Below, piece after piece: positions 1 through 12,056 of a stretch of 60,000 bases of DNA. The stretch lies in NCBI GenBank assembly GCA_038087875.1, contig CM075993.1:1056001-1116000 (forward strand), in the 5' to 3' direction. Numbering within the stretch: the first letter of the stretch is position 1; each line of letters starts with the position of its first letter. Position numbers and translations under genes: made by a program. The DNA is from Malacoraja senta. Its lineage: Eukaryota. The notes below the pieces were generated by a model, which was not told the DNA's origin, ran no database searches, and saw only the letters and a program-made list of their open reading frames with translations.

Positions 1-1373
1 TTCTGTCAGCAGGAATAACAAATCTACAGCAGAATTGTCACAATCGGCAGAGGCCTGAGCTGCAGCTCCCTGTGCAAAATGTGGGGCCGCTGAGATTACA
101 AAAAATGAAATATTGAGCATTTGTCACATCCCAGTTCGATAAGGACAGCTCTGATCTTTACATTCAATCTGCAGAAATCCACCAATACAACACTCTAACA
201 GTGTCTGTACAGCAACTGAAATAATTCATTTAGAATTCCCCTCCATTGGTGCAAACCAGCTTATATATCCACGACTGGAATAGAATCTGAGGATTGCACA
301 GCAGAACGGGAGGCCATTCGGCCCAATAAACCTGTGCTAGAATTCAGCAGTGATCCTATTGGTCCCATTCTCCAACTCATCTCACTATTCTGCTGCACCA
401 CTGAATTGAATTGAATTAAATACATTTTAAGTCTGTACACATACAAGGAATTTGCCTTGGTGCTTTGCTCGCAAGTATATACAGTAGACGATATACAGTA
501 AAAATATAATATTATAATTTACACATGTGAAGAAGGAAATAAAATACCAGAGCAAAAGGAGGCTACAGACTTTTGGCTGTTGAGTGGAGCCATCAGATCG
601 CACTTTCCGTATCTCAACATTGTGTGTGGACAATGGTTGTGAAAATCGCTGGTACTCTTTATCAATCACTTTACATGTATGTCCTCTAGCTTCTGAACCA
701 CTGCCACTCCTGATTTTGAACCCCCTCTTAAAGCTCTGCACTATAAGAAAATGTCCCCATTACTGAACTCCCTCATTTCTGTGTTATTCCCTCTGGACCC
801 GTTACAAGGCCATGATATTGGAATTGGTTTCTTATTGGTACATGTACAGTTTTGCATGCTACCCACTCAGTTTACACCATGCATGAGTACGTAAACCAGA
901 CAGGAAATATACAGAGAAAAGCAACCAGGATATATGGTGCAGACGATGTTACAGCTACAGAGAACGCAGATAAAATAAAGAAAAAATGCAAGGACAGCAG
1001 TGAGGTAGGTTGGGAGATCGGGAACACACCCTTGGCCTATGTGAGGTCCCTGCAGTAGTCTGATAACAGCAGAGAAGAAGTTGTTTCAGCCTTTGTTAAA
1101 GTAAACTGTACTTTACTGTCCTGAATTGAGAATAATTCTCCAGCTAATGCATAACCAATGGTTCATAAAGAGTTTATGATATATTAATAAAGCAAGTGTT
1201 CTGTGTGCTTTTCCATAGCCTTCTCAATTTATCTCATTCTAGGATTGTGCAACCTCTTTAGCATTGTGGCTTTTAGCTATTGTTTCTCCTCAGACTTTCA
1301 TTACTTCATCGTACATGCCTCGAGTAATGGTATCTGGTTGATTGAGATGGTTCCTTCATCGACTGCAGTCCTC

Positions 1374-1701
1374 ATAGTCATAGAGTGTGGAAACAGGCCC
1401 TTCAGCCCAACTTGCCCACACCGGCCAACATGTCCCAGCTATACTAGCCCCACCTGCCCGCATTTGGTCCATATCCCTCCAAACCTGTCTAATTGTTTCT
1501 TAAACATTGGTATAACCCCTGCCTCAACTACCTCCTCTGGCAGCTCGTTCCATACACCCACCACCCTTTGTTACCCCTCAGATTCCTGTTAAATCTTTTT
1601 CCCTTCACCTTAAACCTACATCCTCTGGTCCTCGATTCCCCTACTCTGGGCAAGAGACTCTGTGCATCTACCCGATCGATTCCTCTCACGATTTTATACA
1701 C
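1374..1701 (-). mobile_element. CR1 3' end of a second subfamily (other copies at ~4548-4823 -, 31852-32190 +, 34930-35152 -)
   Basis: Minus strand encodes the RFKVKGKRF.RNLRG...WNELP type C-terminus followed by a GGGCTGAAGGGCCTGTTTCC tail. Confidence 0.8.
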
Positions 1702-2876
1702 TGTGGGAGATTACAACATACCTCCTCTGGGACTGACACTGGTACTCCTCTCAATGGCCCTGTGGAAGGGTGGAAATTTGGACATGATGGTGTTCTTTCT
1801 TCACTATATATTCTATATTTTCATCGTGTTAACCCTGGGATCTCCACAGATTTTTCTCACTCTCTCCCCCATTGATTTAATGGTATTACACACTGTGAGC
1901 CTTTTGTCTGAGTTTCGAACTAATTAGCTTTTCTGGGATGCATTAACTAAAACAAACCTTTAATCATCCCACACCAGCAGGTTGAAGACACTTTGAGACG
2001 GGAGACTTTAATTTTATCTCTGACCATGTGGTGTCGATTGTGATATTCTCTTCAGGCTTCTCTTCTTTGTTTATTACCGTTTGAAGAGTTTTCATTTCAC
2101 GCTGATTTCGGTTTTTGAAGCAAGGGTTTGATTTTAACAGTGGGTGAAGATCTCTGTGGTGCGATTGTACCAGATGTTCGGTAAGATCTGTACATGCCAG
2201 CCTGATGGTCAGACCACGGGCAGGTACCTGGGAGTCTAATGAGCCTAATGGAAATAGAGCCTGCAGGAGGCAGTGGAATCTATCAGCTCACACAGGAGAG
2301 CCCTCAGGATATCTATTCAGCAGAAATGATTATTAAACCAGAGAGCAGCATCTGAACAGAAGACAGACCTTGGGCTAGTCTTGCTGCACCCCAACTGTGT
2401 TGATGAGATTTACAAGCACCTCCATTCCCAAAGTCTCACTCATTCAGGGACAGTTGTTATCAGGCAACAGAATCATCCTACCACAACCAGAGAGCAGTCC
2501 TGAACTACTATCTACCTCATTGGTGACCATCGGACTATCCTCGATCGGACATTGCTGGCTTTACCCTGCACTAAACATTATTCCTTTATCCTATACCTAT
2601 ACACTGTGAATTGTAATCATGTGTTGTCTTTCCGCTGACTGGTTAGCACACAACAAAAGCTTTTCACTGTAACCTCGGTACACGTGACAATAAACTAAAC
2701 TGAAACTGAAACCTACAAACCCGCACGGCTTTGGGATGTGGGAGGGAGCAGGGGTACCCAGAGGAAAACCACATGGACCATAGGGAGAACATGCAAACTC
2801 CACATGGACAGCACCTGTGGTCAGGATCGAACCTGAATCTCTGGCATTGTGAGGCAGCAGGTGTGCCATTGTGCCG

Positions 2877-3104
2877 TTCTTATGTCTTGTTTCATGACAG
2901 TTGGTGCTCTGGGATGACGGGAGATTTGATGGCCTGATTTTGTGACTCTCCTTGTAAATTGCAATGAGTCTTGGACCTGATTCTGCGGAGCTCTAGGGTA
3001 TCCCATCCGAGAGAAGTCAGCATATTATTCACGCTTGATTTGCGCTTGTAGTCATTACATACAAAGCGGGCAGCTCGCTGTTGTACTTTTCCCAGGGTAA
3101 TCTT
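2877..3104 (-). mobile_element. Fragment of a related divergent CR1-group LINE
   Basis: LGKVQQRAARFVCNDYKRKSSVNNMLTSLGWDTLELRR. Confidence 0.75.
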
Positions 3105-5149
3105 GTTGTTGTTTAAACTGTAATGTTTTATTATTAATGTTTTATGTGTCGTTCTTAATTGTCACCGTATGTCGTGTTGTTACTTGCGAGCGGAGCACCA
3201 AGGCAAATTCCTTGTATGTGAACATACTTGGCCAATATTCATTCATTCATTCATCCAGCTTACAGCCTCCTGCAGAGAGCAAGAGATCTCTGTGTGGACC
3301 TAGCCACTGTGTCCTTGCCCCACCCACAAATGCCATGGTTTTACCTGCATTTCAGGACAATGACAGTGACTGGGTGATGAGTGAGGAAGGGTCTCGACCC
3401 GAAACCTCACCCGTTCCTTCTCTCCAAAGATGCTGCCTGTTCTGCTGAGTTACCCGCGTGTGGCACAGACATTGAACGGAAGGCTGTGGGTCTACGCTTA
3501 TGCTGTGTGCCCTCAGGATTCTCACACACCGCTGTGGTGGCTGTTTAAGTTTAATCTTTATGTAGTTTTGTATCTTGTTGCCTTTTTGGTATGATTTCAC
3601 TGTACCTCGGTACACGTGACAATAAAGGGCCATTGAACCATTGACATCTACAATAGTTCCATTAGAAGCAGATTATGTTCCATTAATCAATAAAATCATG
3701 ACTGATCAGTCTATCGTCGGTTTAAACCAGCATCTGCAGTTCCTTCCTACACAGACTGAATATATATTTGTGCTTGCGCCTAATTTCATTTTATCAAATA
3801 TCCATCGCTTCTGACAAGCCAGTGTCACCTTTGATGTAACAAAGAAACTAATTCATTTCACAGCTTAACTGTTAGTTAGTGAAAGTTAAAAAGATTCTGG
3901 AGTGAAAGCGACAGAATGTTTTGGCAGCTGTCGATGACATACAAAGATTGCAAATTACTTTTACTGCATCTGCAATCTTCTTTTCCTATATATATTCATT
4001 TTCTCCTTCTGTTTGATCTTGATTATTAGATTCTGGGCATCTTCATCTCCCAGAAAATGTATTTGCCAATTCTGTGCTCTCAGCCTCTACCGTTCCAAAC
4101 CCCTGCCACTCTGTCCATTGTTCGATAACTGATATTGTTTCAGAATATTTATCTGCGAAGAAAAACGCTGTGACACTAAAATATGTTATCTTCTTCTTTA
4201 CAAATGTGCTTTCTCTCCTGTTGTAATGGTAGCACAGGTTACTTCAACCTGCCTACATGTATGGCTGGTGTTACTGTTCTTGTGGTCTCCACGGATGGTG
4301 ATATCATCTCAGCTCTGCGGTCAGTGAAGAGATGACTTTGACTCTCTTCAGTCATGTTCTACTTCAACTCTTCTTCCATTGAACAAGCTCAATCATTTCT
4401 ACACACTCAGAATCTTCTCGTGGGTATCGCGCGCTCAATCAACTTCCTTGCAAGCCTTTTCAAACCTTTACCCAACATGGAACCATATATCTTCACAGGC
4501 TCTCTCACTCCTTCTCCCTCTTTCTCTATTCCATTTTCTCATTGCTGATAGTCATAGGGTGATACAGGGTGGAAACAGGCCCTTCAGCCCAACTTGCCCA
4601 TGCCGGCCAACAACTCCCAGCTACACTAATCGCACCTGCCTGCGCTTTGTCCATATCCCTCCACACCTGTCCTATCCATGTACCTATCTACCGGTTTGTT
4701 AAATGTTGGGATAGTCCCAGCCTCAACTACCTCCTCTGGCAGCTCGTTCCATACACCCATCACCCTTTGTGTGAAAAAGTTACCCCTCAGATTCCTATTA
4801 AATCTTTTCCCCTTCACCTTAAACGTATGAAAACCTACACGGGTCTTGGGGTGAACATACAAACTCCGTACAGACAGCACCCGTAGTCGGGATGGAACCC
4901 GGGTCTCTGGTGCTGTAAGGCAGCAACTCTACCGCTGCGCCACCAATCTTTCTGTAAAGTTCAGCACGTGAATCTTCACATGTAACCTTCACTCTGTAGT
5001 ATATCCACTCCACCTCAACTGCTTATCTCCCACCTTCTCTTCCAGATTCAGTTGAACCAGACTCAGCTACAGTACGTCCTGAATCTTTCATTCGACAGCC
5101 TTTCTCCAGTTGAGCAAAGTTGTTCTGCATGGCAGATGAAAATTTGCTT

Positions 5150-5470
5150 ACACACAATATCCGATTTGCCTGCCAGGATTTGCTGTTTTAGCGTCTTTGT
5201 GCGTCGAACTCTGATCTCTCAGCTTGAGGTTGGACAGTAAGCAGATGTGAAGCAATGTTTGATTCCACTTTGTTTCACAAACTGCTCAAACTGAATGAAT
5301 AGTGGATCATTATCCACGCAAAGTATATTCCCTTCAGAACTAGCTCCTTCTCTGCAGAATCTTCACCTTCATTACAACTTGTAACTGAGTGTAATCTTTC
5401 CACATTTGTGCCAGCAATTTGGTAAATACTGGTAAAAGCGCTCCATTTGGATGCTCCAGGTTCAATATCA
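5150..5470 (-). pseudogene. Fossil Ty3/Gypsy integrase core
   Basis: ASKW...VERLHS / ILCVDNDPLFIQFEQFVKQSGIKHCFTSAYCPTSS*...TKTLKQ resembles SDNGPQF...GIKH...YHP.SNG..ER...TLK. Confidence 0.65.
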
Positions 5471-5683
5471 ACTTAGTCACAAAAAGCTGGAGTAACTCAG
5501 CGGGACAGACAGCATCTCTGGAGAGAAATAATGGGTGATGTTTCGGGTCAAGACCCTTCTTCAGACTGGTTAGGGATAACGGAAACGAGAGATATAGATG
5601 ATGTGGAGAGATAAAGAATGAATGAAAGATATACAAAAAAGTAAGGATGATAAAGGAAACAGGCCATTGTAAGCTGTTAGCAG

Positions 5684-6078
5684 CAAAGATCCCATAGCGA
5701 GCAAGATAGACCACTCGACGAAAAAGACTTAGTACGGTCATGGGCAGATTCATGGGTAATTTTCGGCCCCATTTCCATAACCGGCTTCCATCTCCGCACC
5801 AAAGATCCCATAGGATACTAGTGCGGAGACGGAAGCCGGTTACGGAAACATCCTCGTAAAAATAAAAGTTATTTGGGAAAAATCTTCTCCTCATTTTCAG
5901 AATTTTAATTTATTAACACAAACTGTTCCCCCGCAACGTTGATTACACTGCGAGTCGGGTCGGGTCGGGTTACGGAAATGGATGAAAAAAAGGCCCACGT
6001 TCCGTTCCGTTGCGTACTACACGTCAGCCCATTGCATTTAGCAGGAGTGGTCTATCTTGCTCCGCTATAGGATCTTTG
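5684..6078. mobile_element. hAT-type MITE, copy 1
   Basis: ~33-bp TIRs (CAAAGATCC...ACCACTC) and an 8-bp TSD GTTAGCAG/GTTTGTAG; splits a PLE terminal fragment. Confidence 0.8.
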
Positions 6079-6309
6079 GTTTGTAGGGTGAAAATGAGAA
6101 GCTGTTGCTACTTGGGTGGGGGAGGGATAGAGAGAGAGGGAATGTCAGGGCTACCTGAACTGAGAGATTCATCTATACCGCTCATAATTTTATATATTTC
6201 TCTTAGGTCTTCCCTTAACCTGTAACATTTCAACAAAATCAATCCAAGCATGTCCAACCTCTCCCTTTAGCTCCAACCCTCTACTCCAGGCAGTTTTCTG
6301 GTAAATCTG

Positions 6310-6610
6310 ATTGAAATTCAGTAACATTCTTTACTTTTTTTAGCCATAAGAATGTCTACAACCTTCTCTTTAATTGATTGTAGACTTTCATTCGCCCTCA
6401 GGCCCAGATAAACTGCATCTTTCCAGACAGAGGGGCATTTGTTCTGAGCTTTAGATTATGTTCACCATGCCACATGAATTCTTCAAGCTTTTAGCAATTT
6501 CCCTCATCTGTGAGGTTCTTGTGATCAATGCAAAGGCCACGTTGAATTACTTTGCACATTTTCTCCACTGCAGCATGAAATACATCGAGTGATGATTTCA
6601 TGCCATCAGA
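6310..6610 (-). pseudogene. Fossil Ty3/Gypsy reverse transcriptase
   Basis: GMKSSLDVFH...HNLKLR/NKC...AVYLGL...KEKVVDILMA/KNVTEFQS matches Gypsy RT C-terminal motif spacing, with stops and frameshifts. Confidence 0.6.
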
Positions 6611-6798
6611 TGCTTGGTGCTTGTTTCAACTCATTGCTTGCACTCCCACACACCGGCTTCCATCTCCGCACCAAAGATCCCATAGGATACTAGTGCCGGT
6701 CTTCCCAGCTTGCATCTCCATTTGTTCCCCTCTCCCATCCCCTCCCCACTCATAGGCCCATCTGCCCCATCGTACCCTGACCATCTAGATCCATCTGT

Positions 6799-7060
6799 GC
6801 CACCCCTTCCTCAGTCCCACCCCTTCTTCAGTCCCACCCCTTCCTCAGTCCCACCCCTTCCTCAGTCCCACTCCGCCCTCTGCCCCACCCCTTCCTCAGT
6901 CCCACCCCTTCCTCAGTCCCACCCCTTCCTCAGTCCCACCCCTTCCTCAGTCCCACCCCTTCCTCAGTCCCACCCCTTCCTCAGTCCCACCCCTTCCTCA
7001 GTCCCACCCCTTCCTCAGTCCCACCCCTTCCTCAGTCCCACCCCTTCCTCAGTCCCACCC
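6799..7060. repeat. 17-bp minisatellite (CCCACCCCTTCCTCAGT)n, about 15 units
   Basis: Direct inspection. Confidence 0.95.
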
Positions 7061-7124
7061 TGCCGTCTGCCCCACCCCATGGTATAAATGTAAATTGTCC
7101 CTAGTGTGTGTAGAGTAGTGTTTA

Positions 7125-7321
7125 AGGACCTGTCCCATTTGAGCATCATTTGCACGTCATGCAGATGGCGCGCGAAGATTTTGTACACCCCAAAATCCTG
7201 GGGCGCCACGCGCGTCACCACGCACCATGCGGGCATCAAGTGCGTCACGATGCGTGCGTCGTTACGCGTAAATGATGTTGCGTAATTGACACGCAAATGC
7301 CGCCCAAGTGGGACAGGCCCT
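7125..7321. mobile_element. PIF/Harbinger-type MITE with a different interior, inside a SINE
   Basis: TIRs AGGACCTGTCCCATTTG / CAAGTGGGACAGGCCCT; TTA/TGA flanks; CpG-rich interior. Confidence 0.78.
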
Positions 7322-10300
7322 TGAATGTGCGGCGATCGCTGGTCAGTACGGACTCGGTGGGCCGAAGGGCCTGTTTTCACGCTGTATCTCTAAACTAAAC
7401 TAAAAATTACTGCCCGACAGCTGAGTCTTTCTAGTGTCCTGTTTTTTGTTCCTCTTTCCATAGAGGCTTTCATCTAACTATCAGTGCAAGTTGTCTTAAA
7501 AGTAACGTTAGTACGGTGATTAAATTACTGGGCTAGTATTGAGAGGCTTGAATTATTGATTCAAGGACATGAATTCACATCCCACCACAGAATCTGGGAT
7601 AGTTAAGTTAAAATAATTTAATAAATGCAGAACTTTAAAAAGAACTAATTTATGTAATTAAACGGCCAGAGTGCTGCAATAATCCATCTTATTCTGTGTA
7701 TCTCAGGAGAGGGTAAGCTGCAATCCCATTGGGGTCTGGCAAATCTATGGCTCTGAATCTCAGAGTGCCAGAGATCAGGGTTCAATCCTGCCTTGGGTAC
7801 TGACCATATGGAGTTTACACTTCCTCTGTGTGACTGCATGGGCTCCCTCCGGGTGCTCCGGTTTCCTCCCAAATCCTAAACGATGACAGGTTTGCAGATT
7901 TAATTGGCCTCTGTAAATGCTACTTAGACTCTGTAGGGAACGGATGGGAAATTGGGATAACATAGAACTAGTGGTCGATGGTCAGTGTGGACTCGGTGGG
8001 CCGAATGGCCCGTTTCCATGCTGTATGTTTAAAATCAATCAATTCAGTCACAAATGGTCAGAACCCCCTCAACACTGCAAACGAGTTCGCCTGGACTTTG
8101 CACTCAAGAGCGGAAAATAAACCAGACTCCTCCTCGATTAGAAAGGTCCATCCGCTGGAGTTCAGCTATACTGTACTTCTGTTATTGTCAGAAGACACAG
8201 ATCAAGGCTGACTTTCTCTCTTCCTGTCCCAGAGCATCAAGTTAATTTTACAACAATTTCTATTCCAGTTGAGATCAAATAGCTCAGCTTAGACCAAAGT
8301 CTATCCCTCCCACAGAACATGACAATTCAACAGTCAGAGTTGATTCATTATATTACATTTAATGCTGTGCATTTGGGTCGCTTTTTTAATTCATAATGAT
8401 TGAATAACAGAATTTAAAGTTGAACGTAACGGATGTGTGAATCGCTGCTAGATATTTATGCCAATTGTATGGACGTCACCCATTCATTCTCTCCAGAGAT
8501 GCCGCCTGTCCCGCTGAGTTACTCCAGCATTTTTTATCCTTCTTCGGTGTCGGCTCGAAGGGCCGAATGGCCTACTCCTGCACCTATTTTCTATCTTAAC
8601 AAATTGCAACATCTCATATGTATCCGAATTAAACTCCATCTGCCATTCCTCAACCCATTTGCCCAGTTGATCGAGGTCCTTCTTCACCGTCTCATACCAT
8701 CTTTTACTGTCCTCAGCCCTGTGTCTCTGCCCAAAGTGGGTCAAGGTTGAGGGAGTTTTATTCTGTTAGTAGCCCTTGCTGTCCCCATCCTAGCAGTGTT
8801 GGACAGGAAAGCATTGAAGGATATAGGGAACGTTTCTCTGTATCCACTTGGATAGTCAATGCACATGGAATATCACAGTCTAGCTCACCTTTATCATACC
8901 TACTGTGGGAAGGACCAAGAATTTCTCAATTAAATTGGGATTATTTAATAATATAATTTAACATAAGTAAAACCATCCTTGAAATGCTACAAGTAGGAGA
9001 TTGCAAATAGGAGAATGCTGAATTCTCACGGCAAGATTACTGGGAGGAGAAAATGTATTGGATATAGGTATTACTCGAGATTGTGAAAGTGTTTCATTCT
9101 GCAGGTACTGTGAGCAATGAAAAGAGATATCTGTTTTAACTGGACATCTGATATTGTCAGTGACCCAGGTTTGATATCAGGAAATAAGTGAGGAAATGGA
9201 ACAGCTAGGAACACTCCAACAGCCAGCAGTAGCTCAATGGGCTGAAGGGTCTTTGTATACGCTGTAAGAATTAAGTGGCACAAAGGGGGGTTTTAAATGG
9301 TAGACATGATCCTTTGGGTCAGCGAGGAGCTGTGTGCCGTCACCTCACAAAAACACGTTATCCTTAACTGTCCGATGAGGATTAAAGATTCCCATTCCCC
9401 AGCCTGAAATATCTAAAAGGCCATCACTCCGGCAGGGTGCTTCATATATTCAAATCATGAATATCTATTCATTATTTGTTGAACAGCGGCTGTATTTAGT
9501 CAAATATGTTATTGATAAAGCAACGTGCCAAAGACTGGAGAAACATTAGAGAGGAATATGCAGAATACGGGCTATGTAATGACATAAACCTACACTGACC
9601 ATAAACCTACACTGAGTTACAGGATGCTGTAAAATGTCCACAGCCCTGACCTTACTGTACACGTGACACTGCATCATCTTTAATGGCTTTCTAATGCTGT
9701 CTAGTTAATGTCCGCGCTTTTAATATCCTGTTGTATCACAGCTCTTTGTTTCAAAGCCATTGAAGTAATAAGGTTCAGAAAGTATACGTGCCTCTGGAGG
9801 CCAGTTACAGTTCATATGGTTTTACATGTACACGTCCACCAGCAGTGGGGGTATATTTTCATGCAAGTCTACCAATCTATTCTCCTCACAGCCAGATTCC
9901 ATAGTCTGCACTGGAATGAATGGATGAGTTTATTGGCCAAGTATTCACATACAAGGAATTTGCCTTGGTGCTCCGCCCGCAAGTGACAACGGCATAGTGA
10001 CAAATGGGATGGAAATGTAGATCCCGCAATGCTGCACAGTCCACGTGTATCAAAGCAATTGCCCATCTCTACTGTTCCGTGATTACTCAAAATGAAGATC
10101 ACCACTAATTCTCCAGTACTGTGACAGAACGAGGATTCTCTGCATTCAAATACAGAATGTTTGGGGGCATCGCCAGGTAAAAATGTCTGACTTGCTTAAA
10201 AACAATAAGTACAGAGGTCTGAGATGGAGATGATGGCCAAACCAGCTTACTCTCTGGTCCCAGACCCTCAATCATTCATTACAATCGCTCCACTCCTTTA

Positions 10301-10564
10301 AACCGCGACTCCAGCAGCAGCATTTCCTACTCAAACTATAATATTTCAAAAACTATGTCTGAAGAAGGGTCTCGACCAGAAACGTCACCGATTCCTTCTC
10401 TCCAGAGATCCTGCCTGTCCCCGCTGAATTACTGCAGCTTTTTGTGTCTATCTCTGCTCTTCTTAATCTCGTCTCAGATCTGTTGATGCGCTAAACGTTA
10501 TTGCCTTTATCCTGTATCTGTACACTGTGAACACTCGATTATAATCATGTACAGTCTTTCCACG

Positions 10565-11209
10565 TGGAAGTTAAAAAAAGATTTTACTTTACAAAATAGA
10601 TTCAGCTGAAACTAAGACAAGCTTTCACCTTCTCCTATTAAATTGCAAAGCCAGCAAAAAGCACTAAACTTTGCTTTCAGTACATTAACAAGGCCAGCAA
10701 ACTGTTGATGTTCCCATTCCCATAACATAAGCGAGATAACAAGCACAGCTTCATGAATGTCTCCTCTATAATATAAACATTAGAGGGAATTCAGACTCTT
10801 GGCACTAACCCTTGTTCTATAAGATTATAATGTGCGTCATAACTAGAAAAAAACAAAATGCTTGTTCTGCAGAAATATAACCTTCTCATATAACCATATA
10901 TGGCTAACCCTTCCTCTGTCAGAAGAACCTGTCAATCTTAAGAAGCTGTCAATCTTAAGGATCTGTCAATCTTAAGAAGCAAGAGGCTGTACTATGCTCT
11001 GTAGATAAGGTATTGCTGAATCATTGATTATTGGGGTACACATGTACTGAGATCATTGCCCCTTTGTGTGGAGAATAGAACTCTGTATAGTCTGTAATCC
11101 GCATACTGTAAAGAGTTTTACCACGCCCGCCTGGCGAAATAAAGATTGTATTGCTTGATCACTGATTCTATTTGCGTTTTTGTCTGTTTAAGAACATCGA
11201 ACCACAACA
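10565..11209 (+). mobile_element. Solo LTR (ERV or Gypsy)
   Basis: TG...CA ends, 4-bp TSD CACG/CACT, AATAAA at ~11138 and 3x CTGTCAATCTTAAG; cleanly splits a Rex1 tail (CTTTCCAC|TGACTGG). Confidence 0.72.
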
Positions 11210-11473
11210 CACTGACTGGAAAGCACGCAACAAAAAGCTTTTTATTGTACTTTGGTACACTTGACAGTAAACTAAAATAAAATAAAATAAACAAGGATCC
11301 TGACCCGAAATGTCACCTGTTTATTTTCTCCAGAGATGCTGCTTGACCTGCTGAGTTACTCCAGCACTTTGTGTCTACCTTCTGTATAAACCAGCATCTG
11401 CTGTTCCTTTTTATTACAAAGTACAGAGGACTGTTTGAGATTTGATCTGAAGCATGAGATGCAAAAGAGAGTT

Positions 11474-12056
11474 CACCCAGAGAGTTGTGAGTTGGTGGGA
11501 TTCTCTGCCTCAGAGGGCAGTGGAGGCCAATTCTCTAGATGCTTTCAAGAGAATCAAATACACAGGACAAGATGTTAAGAAGTCCCTTGTGCCAATAGGT
11601 GGGGAGCATTTCACGACATTCGTTGATTGTTGCGAGTGGTAGACGCTCAACATCGGGGGGGGGGGGGTTTGGGGGGGGTAACCTTCAGGACAGTTGGGCA
11701 CAGGACACATCATCAGTAGTGTACCCTTGCATCACTGGGTGTTTCGGCCTTTTAACACTATACACCCTCCACAAGGGCGGTCCGCTGCAGGATGATCAAC
11801 CCTCAGCGCATGTCCTGTGTCAAACCGTCCCAAAGATTCACCCCGACATACTTGGGGCCCAGCATGGGTCTTTTCGCTTGAGCCAAATCCACCGGCTGCT
11901 TCTTTCAGAGAGCTAGATAGGGCTCTTAAAGATAGCGGAGTCAGGGGATATGGGGAGAAGGCAGGAACAGGGTACTGATTGGGGATGATCAGCCATGATC
12001 ATATTGAATGGTGGTGCTGGCTCGAAGGGCCGAATGGCCTACTCCTGCACCTATTG
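11474..12056 (+). mobile_element. HER1/CR1 3' end interrupted by a HERO-like fragment
   Basis: FTQRVV..WDSLP...GCTTTCAAGAGA resumes as GAGAGCTAGATAGG after the insert. Confidence 0.85.
11553..11906 (-). mobile_element. 3' end of an RLE-type non-LTR retrotransposon (HERO-like, R2 group)
   Basis: ERSSRWIWLKRKDPCWAPSMSG* at 11906-11838, then a 3' UTR; CTTTCA(A)GAGA on both flanks. Confidence 0.6.

Noticed and set aside
427..820. 104-aa minus-strand ORF
   Set aside because: Decayed CR1 C-terminus (RVQR, FKI, RGH motifs) fused to a Rex1 tail.
5340..5894. 184-aa minus-strand ORF
   Set aside because: Read-through across the hAT MITE, a PLE terminus and the integrase fossil in a non-homologous frame.
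6710..7087. Pro/Ser-rich 125-aa ORF
   Set aside because: It is the translation of the 17-bp minisatellite.
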